Below are positions 35,924 to 43,299 of a stretch of 56,514 nucleotides of DNA, in pieces. The notes under the pieces were generated by a model, which had not been told where the DNA came from, did not search any database, and worked only from the letters and a program-made list of their open reading frames with translations. Source of the stretch: Acidobacteriota bacterium (GTDB lineage: Bacteria > Acidobacteriota > Vicinamibacteria > Vicinamibacterales > Vicinamibacteraceae); assembly GCA_044508265.1 (NCBI GenBank), contig JBIQIB010000011.1, positions 1-56,514 on the forward strand, given 5' to 3'. The position numbers were made by a program, and so were the translations under genes. Every line of letters starts with the position of its first letter. The first letter of the stretch is position 1.

Positions 35924-36664
35924 ATGAGCAACCCCGTCGTCACTACGCTCAGATACCTAACGCCTATAGACGAGTTGCCTGACCTGCCGCTCCTGACGAG
36001 CGGCCTGCCGTGGCTCGTCATGCGCGATGCCGGCGTGCAAACGCTCGTGTCGTTCCAGCTATGCGTCGAGGACTACGGGCGCGCAGCCGATTCGCAGGAC
36101 TACGGCGGTCGCCTAGCGCCTGACGCGGTCGACACTCTCGTGCTGCACTGCACAGCCGGCGACACGCTCGACGGCGCGTGGGGCTGGCTGTGGGGCAAGG
36201 AGAACGTCGGCAGCTATCACTACGCGATCGACCGGGGCGAGAGTCCTTCGACGCGCCGCATCATTAGGTGGATCCCGCGCGACACCGTCGCCTATCACGC
36301 CGGGCGTTCGGCGTGGCCGCTGCCGCCCCGCATCCCGGGCACGCGGAACAGCTACCTATGGCGCCCGCGCCAGTCGCTCAACGGCCGTTCGTTAGGTATC
36401 ACGTTCGTGAACCGCAACCTGCCGGTCGATCACCCGACGCGAGGTGAGCCGCTGACGCCGTGGCAGGTTGCGGCGGCCCTATGGCTCGCGGTGGTCGCCC
36501 ACGGCTGGCACCCGCGCCTGACGCCGGACCGCGTGCGCGGGCACTGGGAGGTGGCGCCGGATCGCAAGACCGACCCGGACCCGTCGCTACTCTCGATGCC
36601 CGACTTCCGCACGGCGGTGCGGCTGAATCGCGCGGCGTTAGGCTACGGGCCGCCGGAGGGCTAG
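35924..36664 (+). CDS. N-acetylmuramoyl-L-alanine amidase (Amidase_2/PGRP-type endolysin)
   Basis: LVLHCTAG...YHYAIDR...VAYHAGRS...SLGITFVN...TPWQ...VRGHWEVAPDRKTDPDP matches the Amidase_2 zinc-amidase pattern. Confidence 0.85.
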   Translation: MSNPVVTTLRYLTPIDELPDLPLLTSGLPWLVMRDAGVQTLVSFQLCVEDYGRAADSQDYGGRLAPDAVDTLVLHCTAGDTLDGAWGWLWGKENVGSYHYAIDRGESPSTRRIIRWIPRDTVAYHAGRSAWPLPPRIPGTRNSYLWRPRQSLNGRSLGITFVNRNLPVDHPTRGEPLTPWQVAAALWLAVVAHGWHPRLTPDRVRGHWEVAPDRKTDPDPSLLSMPDFRTAVRLNRAALGYGPPEG

Positions 36665-36669
36665 GGCAC

Positions 36670-37134
36670 GTGGCGATCGACTGGGGCGCCGAGGTCGAGG
36701 CGCAGGCCGTGCGCGTATGTGCGCGCAGCCTCGCGATCGTGCAACTGTGCTACGCGGCGTGGATATTCGGCGACGGCCTGCCGCATGACGATTTCGTGTC
36801 GATGACGCCAGCCGTGGCGGGTGCCCCGTCGCTGCCTGACGCGTCGGCCTATCCGTTTCCCTTACCTGACACGATTTATGTCGTCTACACGGAATGTGCA
36901 CCCGGTGCGCCGGCGCCCCTCTACCGCCCGCCGTTTGGCGAGGTGGCTGGCGGTGTGGTTCCACTTCGGCCTGACGTTAGGCTTTTCGCGCCGCAGTGTG
37001 AGAGTGCGCAGCCTGACGATCACGCAGCGCCCGACGGGCGAGGACGGGAGGGCGGCGGAAGTGACGCGCCGGGTCAGCCGCGAGATACTGTACCTTATCC
37101 TGTGCGCACTCCCGCTGATCGCCGCTACGCCTGA
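36670..37134 (+). CDS. hypothetical protein (uncertain)
   Basis: GTG 36670 just after the amidase stop. The first 100 or so codons have G/C-rich third positions and one hydrophobic segment. The 3' end overlaps the next gene by 74 nt, so the boundaries are uncertain. Confidence 0.35.
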   Translation: MAIDWGAEVEAQAVRVCARSLAIVQLCYAAWIFGDGLPHDDFVSMTPAVAGAPSLPDASAYPFPLPDTIYVVYTECAPGAPAPLYRPPFGEVAGGVVPLRPDVRLFAPQCESAQPDDHAAPDGRGREGGGSDAPGQPRDTVPYPVRTPADRRYA

Positions 37135-38266
37135 CGCGGCGGCGGCGCAGCGCACGATCGAAGTCCCGGCGTCGTCAGGCGACACGGTCAGCGTGACCGT
37201 GCGCGTGGCTCTCGATATCCGCGACAGCGTGGTGGTCCGCGATTCAGTTGCCGTCCGCGATTCAATCGTCGTCAGGCTTCGCGACTCGGTCGTCGTGCGT
37301 GACAGCCTAGCGATCCGTGACAGCCTAGCGATCCGCGACAGCGTGGTCATCATGTACCGCGACTCGATCGTCGTGGTGTACGACACTGTGCGCGTCGAGG
37401 TGCCGCCGCCTGACGAGAACGAGGAACCTGACGTGCCACCGCTGGTGCCGGACAGCATCATCGCGTGGTACCCGATCATCGACCCGCCCGAGCGCGAGCG
37501 CACGATGCAGGTCGGCGACACGGTGCGCCTGACGATCGTCGGCGCGAACGTCACGGTCATCACCGAGGACGGGCGGCGCATAACGAGGGCGGCGACGCTC
37601 GACGAGATACGCGCGGCCGGCTTCTATTGGACCCACAGCGGCATAGGCGCTAGGCGCAACGCGGCGCTCGATGGAACGGCCGTCACGTTTGTCAGTACCG
37701 GCCTCTACGGCTCACGCATTACGCACCTGACGCTAGCCATGCCCACGCGCAGCAACGTGTGGCGCTTGGTGGTAACGAACGTGCCGCGCGACCCGGGCAA
37801 CCCGCTGCCTGACGAGCCGGTGCCACCCGACGAGCCCGACGAGCCAGCGCCGCCGCCGGTCGTGTGCGAGGACTACCCGTGCGATGGTTACGAGTCGCCC
37901 GAGGTCAGTGACTCGCTGGCGACGGCGATCGAGTTCGACGGCGTGACGCTACACGAGGCCGGCATCAGCCACGGGCGCGCCCCGGTGGCGTCGTACGCGT
38001 GCGCCCGCATCCTGCCGGGCGCTCACGCGGCCGTCGTCGGCGACAGCATCCTAGTCGATCAGGTGCCGCCCGGCGTCGACGTGCCCGAGCGTACATGGTG
38101 CATCCCGTACAACTGGCCCGCACGCACGGCCGGCGACCCCGCGCGTGCGCGCACGTACCCGGCCGAGCCTAACGCCGAGCGTGCGTGGTACGGCGCACCG
38201 GGCGAGGCGCTGCCTAACCGTTCAGCCGGCAAGCCGGTGCCTGACGACGACGACCGATTGTCGTGA
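37061..38266 (+). CDS. secreted protein with RDSxxV hexapeptide tandem repeats
   Basis: GTG 37061 after GGGAGGGCGGCGGAA. It has a signal-peptide-like N-terminus (REILYLILCALPLIAATPDAAAAQ) and 8-9 repeats of [IV]RDS[VIL][VA]V. The track ORF start 36821 has an implausible Arg-rich leader. Confidence 0.65.
   Translation: MTRRVSREILYLILCALPLIAATPDAAAAQRTIEVPASSGDTVSVTVRVALDIRDSVVVRDSVAVRDSIVVRLRDSVVVRDSLAIRDSLAIRDSVVIMYRDSIVVVYDTVRVEVPPPDENEEPDVPPLVPDSIIAWYPIIDPPERERTMQVGDTVRLTIVGANVTVITEDGRRITRAATLDEIRAAGFYWTHSGIGARRNAALDGTAVTFVSTGLYGSRITHLTLAMPTRSNVWRLVVTNVPRDPGNPLPDEPVPPDEPDEPAPPPVVCEDYPCDGYESPEVSDSLATAIEFDGVTLHEAGISHGRAPVASYACARILPGAHAAVVGDSILVDQVPPGVDVPERTWCIPYNWPARTAGDPARARTYPAEPNAERAWYGAPGEALPNRSAGKPVPDDDDRLS
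37220..37381 (+). repeat. tandem 18-bp (hexapeptide RDSxxV) repeats inside CDS 37061-38266
   Basis: CGCGACAGCGTGGTGGTC, CGCGATTCAGTTGCCGTC and related units. Two exact copies of CGTGACAGCCTAGCGATC lie at 37298-37315 and 37316-37333. Confidence 0.85.
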
Positions 38267-38640
38267 GGCAGCAGACGTACGCCGAGCTGATGGCCGAGGC
38301 CAAGCGTGAGTATGACGCGTGGGCCACGGAGCCGCGCGTCGTCTACCTCAACCTGCCCGGCCGTGCGTCGGCGCGCGTGCGTCCGTTCTGGTACCTCTAC
38401 GTGCCGCCTGACGGGTGCGAGGACTGCGGCGGCGCGATCCGCGAGGCGGGGCGTCGCGTGTGCCGGGCGTGCCGCAGGCGGCGCGTGGCCGAGCGCAACC
38501 CGCCGTGCGAGTGCGGCGCGCCGTACTACGCGTCAGGCATGTGCAAACAGTGCTACGAGAGTGACTACAAGTGGCGCCGGCGCGATGAGGCCGGCCGGAA
38601 GCAGAAGCCTCACGAGTCGCTTCGGCGACGCGTTGCGTGA
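38263..38640 (+). CDS. Cys-rich zinc-ribbon-like protein
   Basis: GTGA overlap start. Cys pairs: CEDC...CRAC and CEC...CKQC. Confidence 0.6.
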   Translation: MRQQTYAELMAEAKREYDAWATEPRVVYLNLPGRASARVRPFWYLYVPPDGCEDCGGAIREAGRRVCRACRRRRVAERNPPCECGAPYYASGMCKQCYESDYKWRRRDEAGRKQKPHESLRRRVA

Positions 38641-38871
38641 CTCGTCAGGCAGTGGTACCGTACGAACCGTGAGGCGCGGCGCGGTGGTCGATCCCTCTAT
38701 CATCAGAACGATCCGCTAGGGGCACGACCGGCATGGCCTCGTAGCTTTGCACCTTCGACTCCGCCATCCCTTTGTGTTCCGTCAGGCCGGAAGTCCCGGC
38801 CACGGCCGCCCGCCCGCCACACCCGCCCGCCCGTGCGCACACTCGCCCCGTGCGCCGCGATCGCCTGTCCG

Positions 38872-38904
38872 CCTAGGGTGAGCCTAGCCCCGGGGCCGAT
38901 CGCC
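38872..38904 (+). repeat. conserved upstream box, copy A (CCTAGGGTGAGCCTAGCCCCGGGGCCGATCGCC)
   Basis: Related copies at 42809-42840 and 49185-49207. Each lies about 190-210 bp upstream of an operon-initial ATG and follows GTG(C/T)GCC.CGA.CG. Confidence 0.7.
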
Positions 38905-38978
38905 CCGTAGCGGGCCTCCTGACACGCCCCGCCCGCCCCTGCCCGCCCCGGGCGTTGGGCGCCCTAGGGCGCCGACAC

Positions 38979-39007
38979 TTGACCGCCCGGGCAGGTTGCG
39001 TTAACGT
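38979..39007 (+). promoter_or_regulatory. sigma-70-like early promoter P-A (-35 TTGACC, 17-bp spacer, -10 TAACGT)
   Basis: It lies in the largest non-coding gap. The block 38978-39040 is nearly identical to 42914-42974. Confidence 0.5.
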
Positions 39008-39064
39008 GACAGTTGAAGTACCGCGCAGTTGACAGCCTGAACCACCCCACCGGAGGAACCGACC

Positions 39065-39478
39065 ATGCCCGAGAACACGACCCACCGCGACACCATCGCC
39101 GCCCTGCGCGACGCGATCGGCTACGTGATGCGCGACACGACGAACGCGCTGTCCGGCCTGCGGCCTGACGAGTATTCCCGCCGCGATACGTGGTCCGCGC
39201 TGCTCGATGCGCACCGCGCGTTAGGCAACGCGCTCTATGCCACCGCCCGCAGCAGCGATGGCAGCGAGGTGTTCGAGAACCTGCACCGCGCGGACGAGGC
39301 GCTCGATCACGCGCTGGCGGACGTCAGGCACGCCGAGGCGCGCAGCCTCGCCGGCAAGTTGCTGCCGTACAACACGACGACCAACGTGCTGCTTGCCAGC
39401 CGCGAACTCGACTCGATCATGCAGCGCTGGCCCGACCTCTACGGCCCGGCGTTCGCCGCCGTGTCCGTAAGCGCCTGA
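39065..39478 (+). CDS. hypothetical early protein
   Basis: Conserved initiation region GGAGGAACCGACCATG downstream of the promoter-like block. Confidence 0.7.
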   Translation: MPENTTHRDTIAALRDAIGYVMRDTTNALSGLRPDEYSRRDTWSALLDAHRALGNALYATARSSDGSEVFENLHRADEALDHALADVRHAEARSLAGKLLPYNTTTNVLLASRELDSIMQRWPDLYGPAFAAVSVSA

Positions 39479-39489
39479 CGATTCCCGCA

Positions 39490-39510
39490 GGGGCGGCGCC
39501 CGGCCGCCCC
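39490..39510 (+). promoter_or_regulatory. GC-rich intergenic stem-loop (variant)
   Basis: GGGGCGGC / GCCGCCCC arms between the stop at 39478 and ATG 39541. Confidence 0.55.
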
Positions 39511-39540
39511 GCTCACCCGACACCTGACGAGGACCACGCC

Positions 39541-39747
39541 ATGCCTAGCCAGACGATCACCGCCGCCCTGTCCCTCACGCGCCTGTGCGCCGGCTTCTAC
39601 TCCGCCCGCGTCGGCATCTACGGGGAGACGAGCATCGTCCGCGTTAGGCGCGGCCGGTGGGTCGCTCGCTCCAATGCCGGCGTCCGCCTCGCGGTCGAGC
39701 CGTCGCTCGACGGCCTGCTCCGCATCCTGTACGCGCTCGCTGACTGA
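39541..39747 (+). CDS. hypothetical small protein
   Basis: ATG 39541 after GACGAGGACCACGCC. The upstream part of track ORF 39190-39747 overlaps the previous gene out of frame. Confidence 0.6.
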   Translation: MPSQTITAALSLTRLCAGFYSARVGIYGETSIVRVRRGRWVARSNAGVRLAVEPSLDGLLRILYALAD

Positions 39748-39782
39748 GCGCTGACCCTAACGACCTAACGAGGAACTGAGCT

Positions 39783-40190
39783 ATGCACAGCATCGCTAGC
39801 ATGTCCGTCCTGATTCGCTACTTCGGCGGCACGTACGCCGGCAGTGTCGTCCGCCTGACAAACAAGGCGGTGGATGTGCGCTTCACGCTCGCGTCAGGCC
39901 GCACGATCGTGCGGCGGGTGAGTATCGTCCCGACGCCGTCGCAGCGCGACCACGGCCGCCAGCCGGTGCGGTTCACTATGCCGAGTGCCGACATGGTGAC
40001 GGCGAGCTATACGGCGTTCGGGTCGTTCCGCGCGCTACTGGACGCGCCCAACTACAGGCCGACACTCATGGGCGAGGGCGCGCAGGCGATCCTCGCGAAC
40101 ACCTACGACCACGCGCAGGCTGAGCGCAGCGACCCGCGCCGAGCCTACCGCCGCGACCCGCGCGCGGCGCGCACCACACCTAACGCCTGA
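39783..40190 (+). CDS. hypothetical protein
   Basis: CCTAACGACCTAACGAGGA leader; stop in GCCTGACG. Confidence 0.65.
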   Translation: MHSIASMSVLIRYFGGTYAGSVVRLTNKAVDVRFTLASGRTIVRRVSIVPTPSQRDHGRQPVRFTMPSADMVTASYTAFGSFRALLDAPNYRPTLMGEGAQAILANTYDHAQAERSDPRRAYRRDPRAARTTPNA

Positions 40191-40205
40191 CGAGGAGAAC
40201 CGACC

Positions 40206-40436
40206 ATGCCCGAGCGCACCCTAGACCTGTACCGCGACGCCCCGGAGGCCGATCGTGTCCGCATCCTAGAGGGGACGGACGTCATGCTCACGCAAGAGGG
40301 CGCGGTGCCTGACGACTACAACCCGCTCGATCATGCGCCGTTCTGCCAGCACTGCGACGCGCTGCTCCCGTCGTGGGACTCTATCTGCGCCTGCTCGCGC
40401 GGTATGTCGTTCTACCAAGACGACGAGTATCGCTGA
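40206..40436 (+). CDS. hypothetical small Cys-containing protein
   Basis: GAGGAGAACCGACCATG leader; CQHC...CAC. Confidence 0.6.
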   Translation: MPERTLDLYRDAPEADRVRILEGTDVMLTQEGAVPDDYNPLDHAPFCQHCDALLPSWDSICACSRGMSFYQDDEYR

Positions 40437-40468
40437 CCATCACCTAACGACCTAACGAGGAACCGACC

Positions 40469-41065
40469 ATGCCGAAGAACACCACGCCCAGCCCCGCCGT
40501 TCACGCCGTGCGCCGCACGCCCGCCGGCCGCCTATCGCTCACCGTCCGTGGCGTTACGCACGAGGATCTACTTGTGCGCGTCCTCGTCACCAGCAGCGGC
40601 TGGCCGCACCACGAGACGCCGACGACGTGGGGCGGCCTGTACGACTCGCTGGTGCATACGAGCTATCGGCAGGGAACCAAGCTGGTGTCGCTGGTCGAGG
40701 GCGATCGCCTAACGTACGCCGGGCGCGAGTTCGCCATGTTCACCGAGGGGCGCCTGACGTTCCTGCTGGACGAGGCCGCCGCATACCAGCCGCTGCCTGA
40801 CGAGGACGACGACCCCGCGCTGAGCGTGTCAGAGATCGACGCCGACATACTCGATGCCGCGACCGGGCACGCCGTGACCGCCATGGGCCTGTACCGCGAG
40901 CGCCTGACGCTCACCGGCGGCGAGGCGCTCGTTCGCATCGGCGACCTACTGCGCCGCGACCTGCTGGCGCCTGACGCGGGCTCGCAGAGTGCCGGCCCCG
41001 AGGCCCGCTACGTGGCGACCGAGAAGGGCCGGCTGGCGGTGCAGCAGTTCTACAAAAGGGCCTGA
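40469..41065 (+). CDS. hypothetical protein
   Basis: CCTAACGACCTAACGAGGAACCGACCATG leader. Confidence 0.7.
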   Translation: MPKNTTPSPAVHAVRRTPAGRLSLTVRGVTHEDLLVRVLVTSSGWPHHETPTTWGGLYDSLVHTSYRQGTKLVSLVEGDRLTYAGREFAMFTEGRLTFLLDEAAAYQPLPDEDDDPALSVSEIDADILDAATGHAVTAMGLYRERLTLTGGEALVRIGDLLRRDLLAPDAGSQSAGPEARYVATEKGRLAVQQFYKRA

Positions 41066-41086
41066 CGTTCTGAGCCTGACGACGAC

Positions 41087-41109
41087 GGCCCGCCCATCCG
41101 GGGCGGGCC
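41087..41109 (+). promoter_or_regulatory. conserved intergenic stem-loop GGCCCGCCC-ATCCG-GGGCGGGCC
   Basis: Perfect 9-bp stem, followed by ACCCTAACGACCTAACGAGGAACCGACCATG. Confidence 0.7.
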
Positions 41110-41137
41110 ACCCTAACGACCTAACGAGGAACCGACC

Positions 41138-41413
41138 ATGCCTAAGCAGACCCTGACGCAAGCCCTCCACCTAGCGCGCACCGGGAAGGATCGCCAGTTG
41201 CGCCGCGCCGCGCGCCGCCTGCACGGCCTGCCCGAGGGCGGGTGGGCCGAGACTGAGCAGGCCATGCGCGAGATCATGGGCCTGTTGCCGTTCTCGTTCC
41301 AGCGCGACTACACGCTCGGCGAGTGGGTCGCGGCGACGCACTACGTGGTGCCTGACAAGAGCCGCCCCGGTCGCAGTGCCGGCCGGTGGGCGACGCGCAT
41401 CATGGACGCCTGA
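41138..41413 (+). CDS. hypothetical protein
   Basis: Hairpin plus CCTAACGACCTAACGAGGAACCGACCATG leader. Confidence 0.65.
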   Translation: MPKQTLTQALHLARTGKDRQLRRAARRLHGLPEGGWAETEQAMREIMGLLPFSFQRDYTLGEWVAATHYVVPDKSRPGRSAGRWATRIMDA

Positions 41414-41430
41414 CGAGGAGATACCTGACG

Positions 41431-41817
41431 ATGAGACTGCCCAACCCTGCTGCACGCGACCCGCGCGACGCCCGCCTGCACGGCGTCGTCTACCTGCTGC
41501 ACTTCGCCACGCCGTACGAGCACGCGCGGCACTACATGGGGTTCACGGCCGACCTAGCCGAGCGCCTGCGCGAGCATCGCAGGGGCTACGGCTCGCGCCT
41601 CGTCGGCGTCGTCGCGGCGGCCGGTATCGAGTTCAACGTCGTGCGCGCATGGCACGGCACCCGGTCGGACGAGCGGCGCCTGAAAGGCCGTGGCCTCGGC
41701 GACCTGTGCCCCATCTGCCGCGCCTCGTCAGGCTGTCACCCGCGCAACCCGCGCTGGACGGCCGGCGAGCTAACGCCTGACGAGATACGCCTCGCACTCA
41801 TCCACGCCGCAGCCTGA
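41431..41817 (+). CDS. GIY-YIG-like nuclease-superfamily protein (tentative)
   Basis: GVVYLLHF...HYMGFTADLAERLREHRRG...ERRLK...CPIC resembles the GIY-YIG core followed by a Zn finger. ATG 41431. Confidence 0.5.
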   Translation: MRLPNPAARDPRDARLHGVVYLLHFATPYEHARHYMGFTADLAERLREHRRGYGSRLVGVVAAAGIEFNVVRAWHGTRSDERRLKGRGLGDLCPICRASSGCHPRNPRWTAGELTPDEIRLALIHAAA

Positions 41818-41860
41818 CGCCTGACGACCCTATCACCCTTGCCCGAGGGATCATCCTACC

Positions 41861-42214
41861 ATGACCAGCACAACGACGACACCCGCCGCCCCGTCCCTGC
41901 CGCCCGCCGTGGTGCGCGCCCTATGCCTGTACGTGCCCGCCGGGCGCCTCGTGTACGTCGTCGTCAGGTGGCGCGACGGTGACCGCGTGGCGCTGGCCGA
42001 GGGCACGACAGCAGCCGGGCGCGTGCGTATCCGGCCGTGGATCGCAGCGCGGCGCGCGTACGGCCCGGCTCAGCACGTCGCGCCCGCGCGCGTCCTGCGC
42101 CTCGCCACGCCTGACGACAGGAGGAAGCGGCGCGTCGAGCGTCCGCCGGTGCCGGCCGGTGTCGCCGAACTCATGCGCGGCCTAGCGCCGCGTCCCCGCA
42201 GCCGGCGCGCCTGA
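41861..42214 (+). CDS. hypothetical protein
   Basis: GAGGGA RBS; stop in GCCTGACG. Confidence 0.6.
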   Translation: MTSTTTTPAAPSLPPAVVRALCLYVPAGRLVYVVVRWRDGDRVALAEGTTAAGRVRIRPWIAARRAYGPAQHVAPARVLRLATPDDRRKRRVERPPVPAGVAELMRGLAPRPRSRRA

Positions 42215-42269
42215 CGCGTGCCGGTGCATCATCACCACCATCACCATCACCTAACGAGAGGAACTGACC

Positions 42270-42527
42270 ATGCGGAACCTGACGATCGCTGAGTGCGTCG
42301 CCGACCTGATGCTGGACTTCCCGTGCGCCCCGGCTGAACTGCCTGACGCGCACCCGCACCTGACGTCGCTCGTGGCGTCGCAGCTAGGCGAGACGTATGG
42401 CACCGAGCGCGGGGCGGACAACCTGACGCGCTACGTGTTCACCGACGGCAGCGCGATCGTGGTCGATCGCGTGAACGACACGTGGGACGTCGAGGGCGAG
42501 ACGCCGTTCTCGTGGAAGGGCAAGTGA
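42270..42527 (+). CDS. hypothetical protein
   Basis: CCTAACGAGAGGAACTGACCATG leader. Confidence 0.65.
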   Translation: MRNLTIAECVADLMLDFPCAPAELPDAHPHLTSLVASQLGETYGTERGADNLTRYVFTDGSAIVVDRVNDTWDVEGETPFSWKGK

Positions 42528-42757
42528 GCGCGCCTCGTGAGGCGCCTGACGCGGCAACGGCGGCAGCAACGTGCGAGTTCGAGGCGCTGGTCGTCGTCGG
42601 CCCGGCCTGCACCGAGCCCCCGGCGGGTACGTTCCGGTGGGTGCTGTTCGGCGAGCCCGGCCCGAGCTACCGGCTGTGCGCCCGCCACCTCGACCTGACC
42701 GTGAGCCGGGCGCAGGAGCAGGGTTGGCCCCACGAGGCCACGCGCACGCCCGCCTGA
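42524..42757 (+). CDS. hypothetical small protein
   Basis: GTGA start/stop overlap at 42524. Confidence 0.5.
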   Translation: MSAPREAPDAATAAATCEFEALVVVGPACTEPPAGTFRWVLFGEPGPSYRLCARHLDLTVSRAQEQGWPHEATRTPA

Positions 42758-42808
42758 ACGCCCCGCGCCCGCGCACAATCGGCGCGTGCGCCACGATCGG
42801 CCCCGGAG

Positions 42809-42840
42809 CTAGGGTGACCTATGCCTCCGGGGCCGATCGT
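42809..42840 (+). repeat. conserved upstream box, copy B
   Basis: CTAGGGTGACCTATGCCTCCGGGGCCGATCGT. Confidence 0.7.
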
Positions 42841-42914
42841 CCGTCAGGGGCGATCCTAGGCCGTTCGCCCTAGGTGCCCCCTCGCGCGCGTGGGCGCGAC
42901 CTTCTACCGCCCGC

Positions 42915-42943
42915 TTGACTGCCCCGGCAGGTTGAGTTAACGT
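42915..42943 (+). promoter_or_regulatory. sigma-70-like early promoter P-B (-35 TTGACT, 17-bp spacer, -10 TAACGT)
   Basis: Shares CTTGAC.GCCC.GGCAGGTTG.GTTAACGTGACAGTTGAAGTACCGC..AGTTGACA.CCTGA with P-A. Confidence 0.5.
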
Positions 42944-42977
42944 GACAGTTGAAGTACCGCAGTTGACAACCTGACAG

Positions 42978-42998
42978 GCCGGCCCGCCCGGGGCCGGC
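42978..42998 (+). promoter_or_regulatory. GC-rich stem-loop in the leader of the P-B operon
   Basis: GCCGGCCC / GGGCCGGC arms. Confidence 0.5.
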
Positions 42999-43021
42999 GA
43001 CCCGAACCGGAGGAACCGACC

Positions 43022-43234
43022 ATGACCACCACGCCGATCACCGCCGAGATGAAACTGGAGTGGATCACCGCACGCATCGCCGAGGGTCGCACGGTCTACC
43101 TGACGACCGCGACGCGCGTCACGAAGATCGGCCGTCGGCATCTGGCGCAGGTGCGCGTCCGCGCCGGCCATCTGGAGGTTCAGTACGGCCGGCGCTGGCT
43201 GAACGCCGACTGGGTGAAGATCACCGCTAGCTGA
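43022..43234 (+). CDS. hypothetical small protein
   Basis: GGAGGAACCGACCATG leader downstream of the second promoter-like block. Confidence 0.65.
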   Translation: MTTTPITAEMKLEWITARIAEGRTVYLTTATRVTKIGRRHLAQVRVRAGHLEVQYGRRWLNADWVKITAS

Positions 43235-43299
43235 CGTCTCACGCCTGACGAGCGTCGTGCCCGCGGCGCTCACCACCACCCGATCCGGAGGACACAACC

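Noticed and set aside
36821-37060. N-terminal 80 codons of track ORF 36821-38266, and similar upstream extensions of ORFs 236, 1104, 1426, 8275, 10618, 14181, 15925, 21141, 39190, 41386, 42482, 46812 and 54295
   Set aside because: These extensions overlap the preceding gene out of frame and are Arg-rich. Internal ATG or GTG codons with a Shine-Dalgarno sequence or a start/stop overlap give much more plausible starts.
38641-39064. tRNA or other structured RNA gene in the largest non-coding gaps (also 42758-43021 and 50230-50463)
   Set aside because: I could not build a cloverleaf on either strand. There is no GGTTCGAATCC-like T-arm with a complementary stem and no acceptor or anticodon arrangement. 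A covariance-model scan (tRNAscan-SE or Infernal) would settle it.
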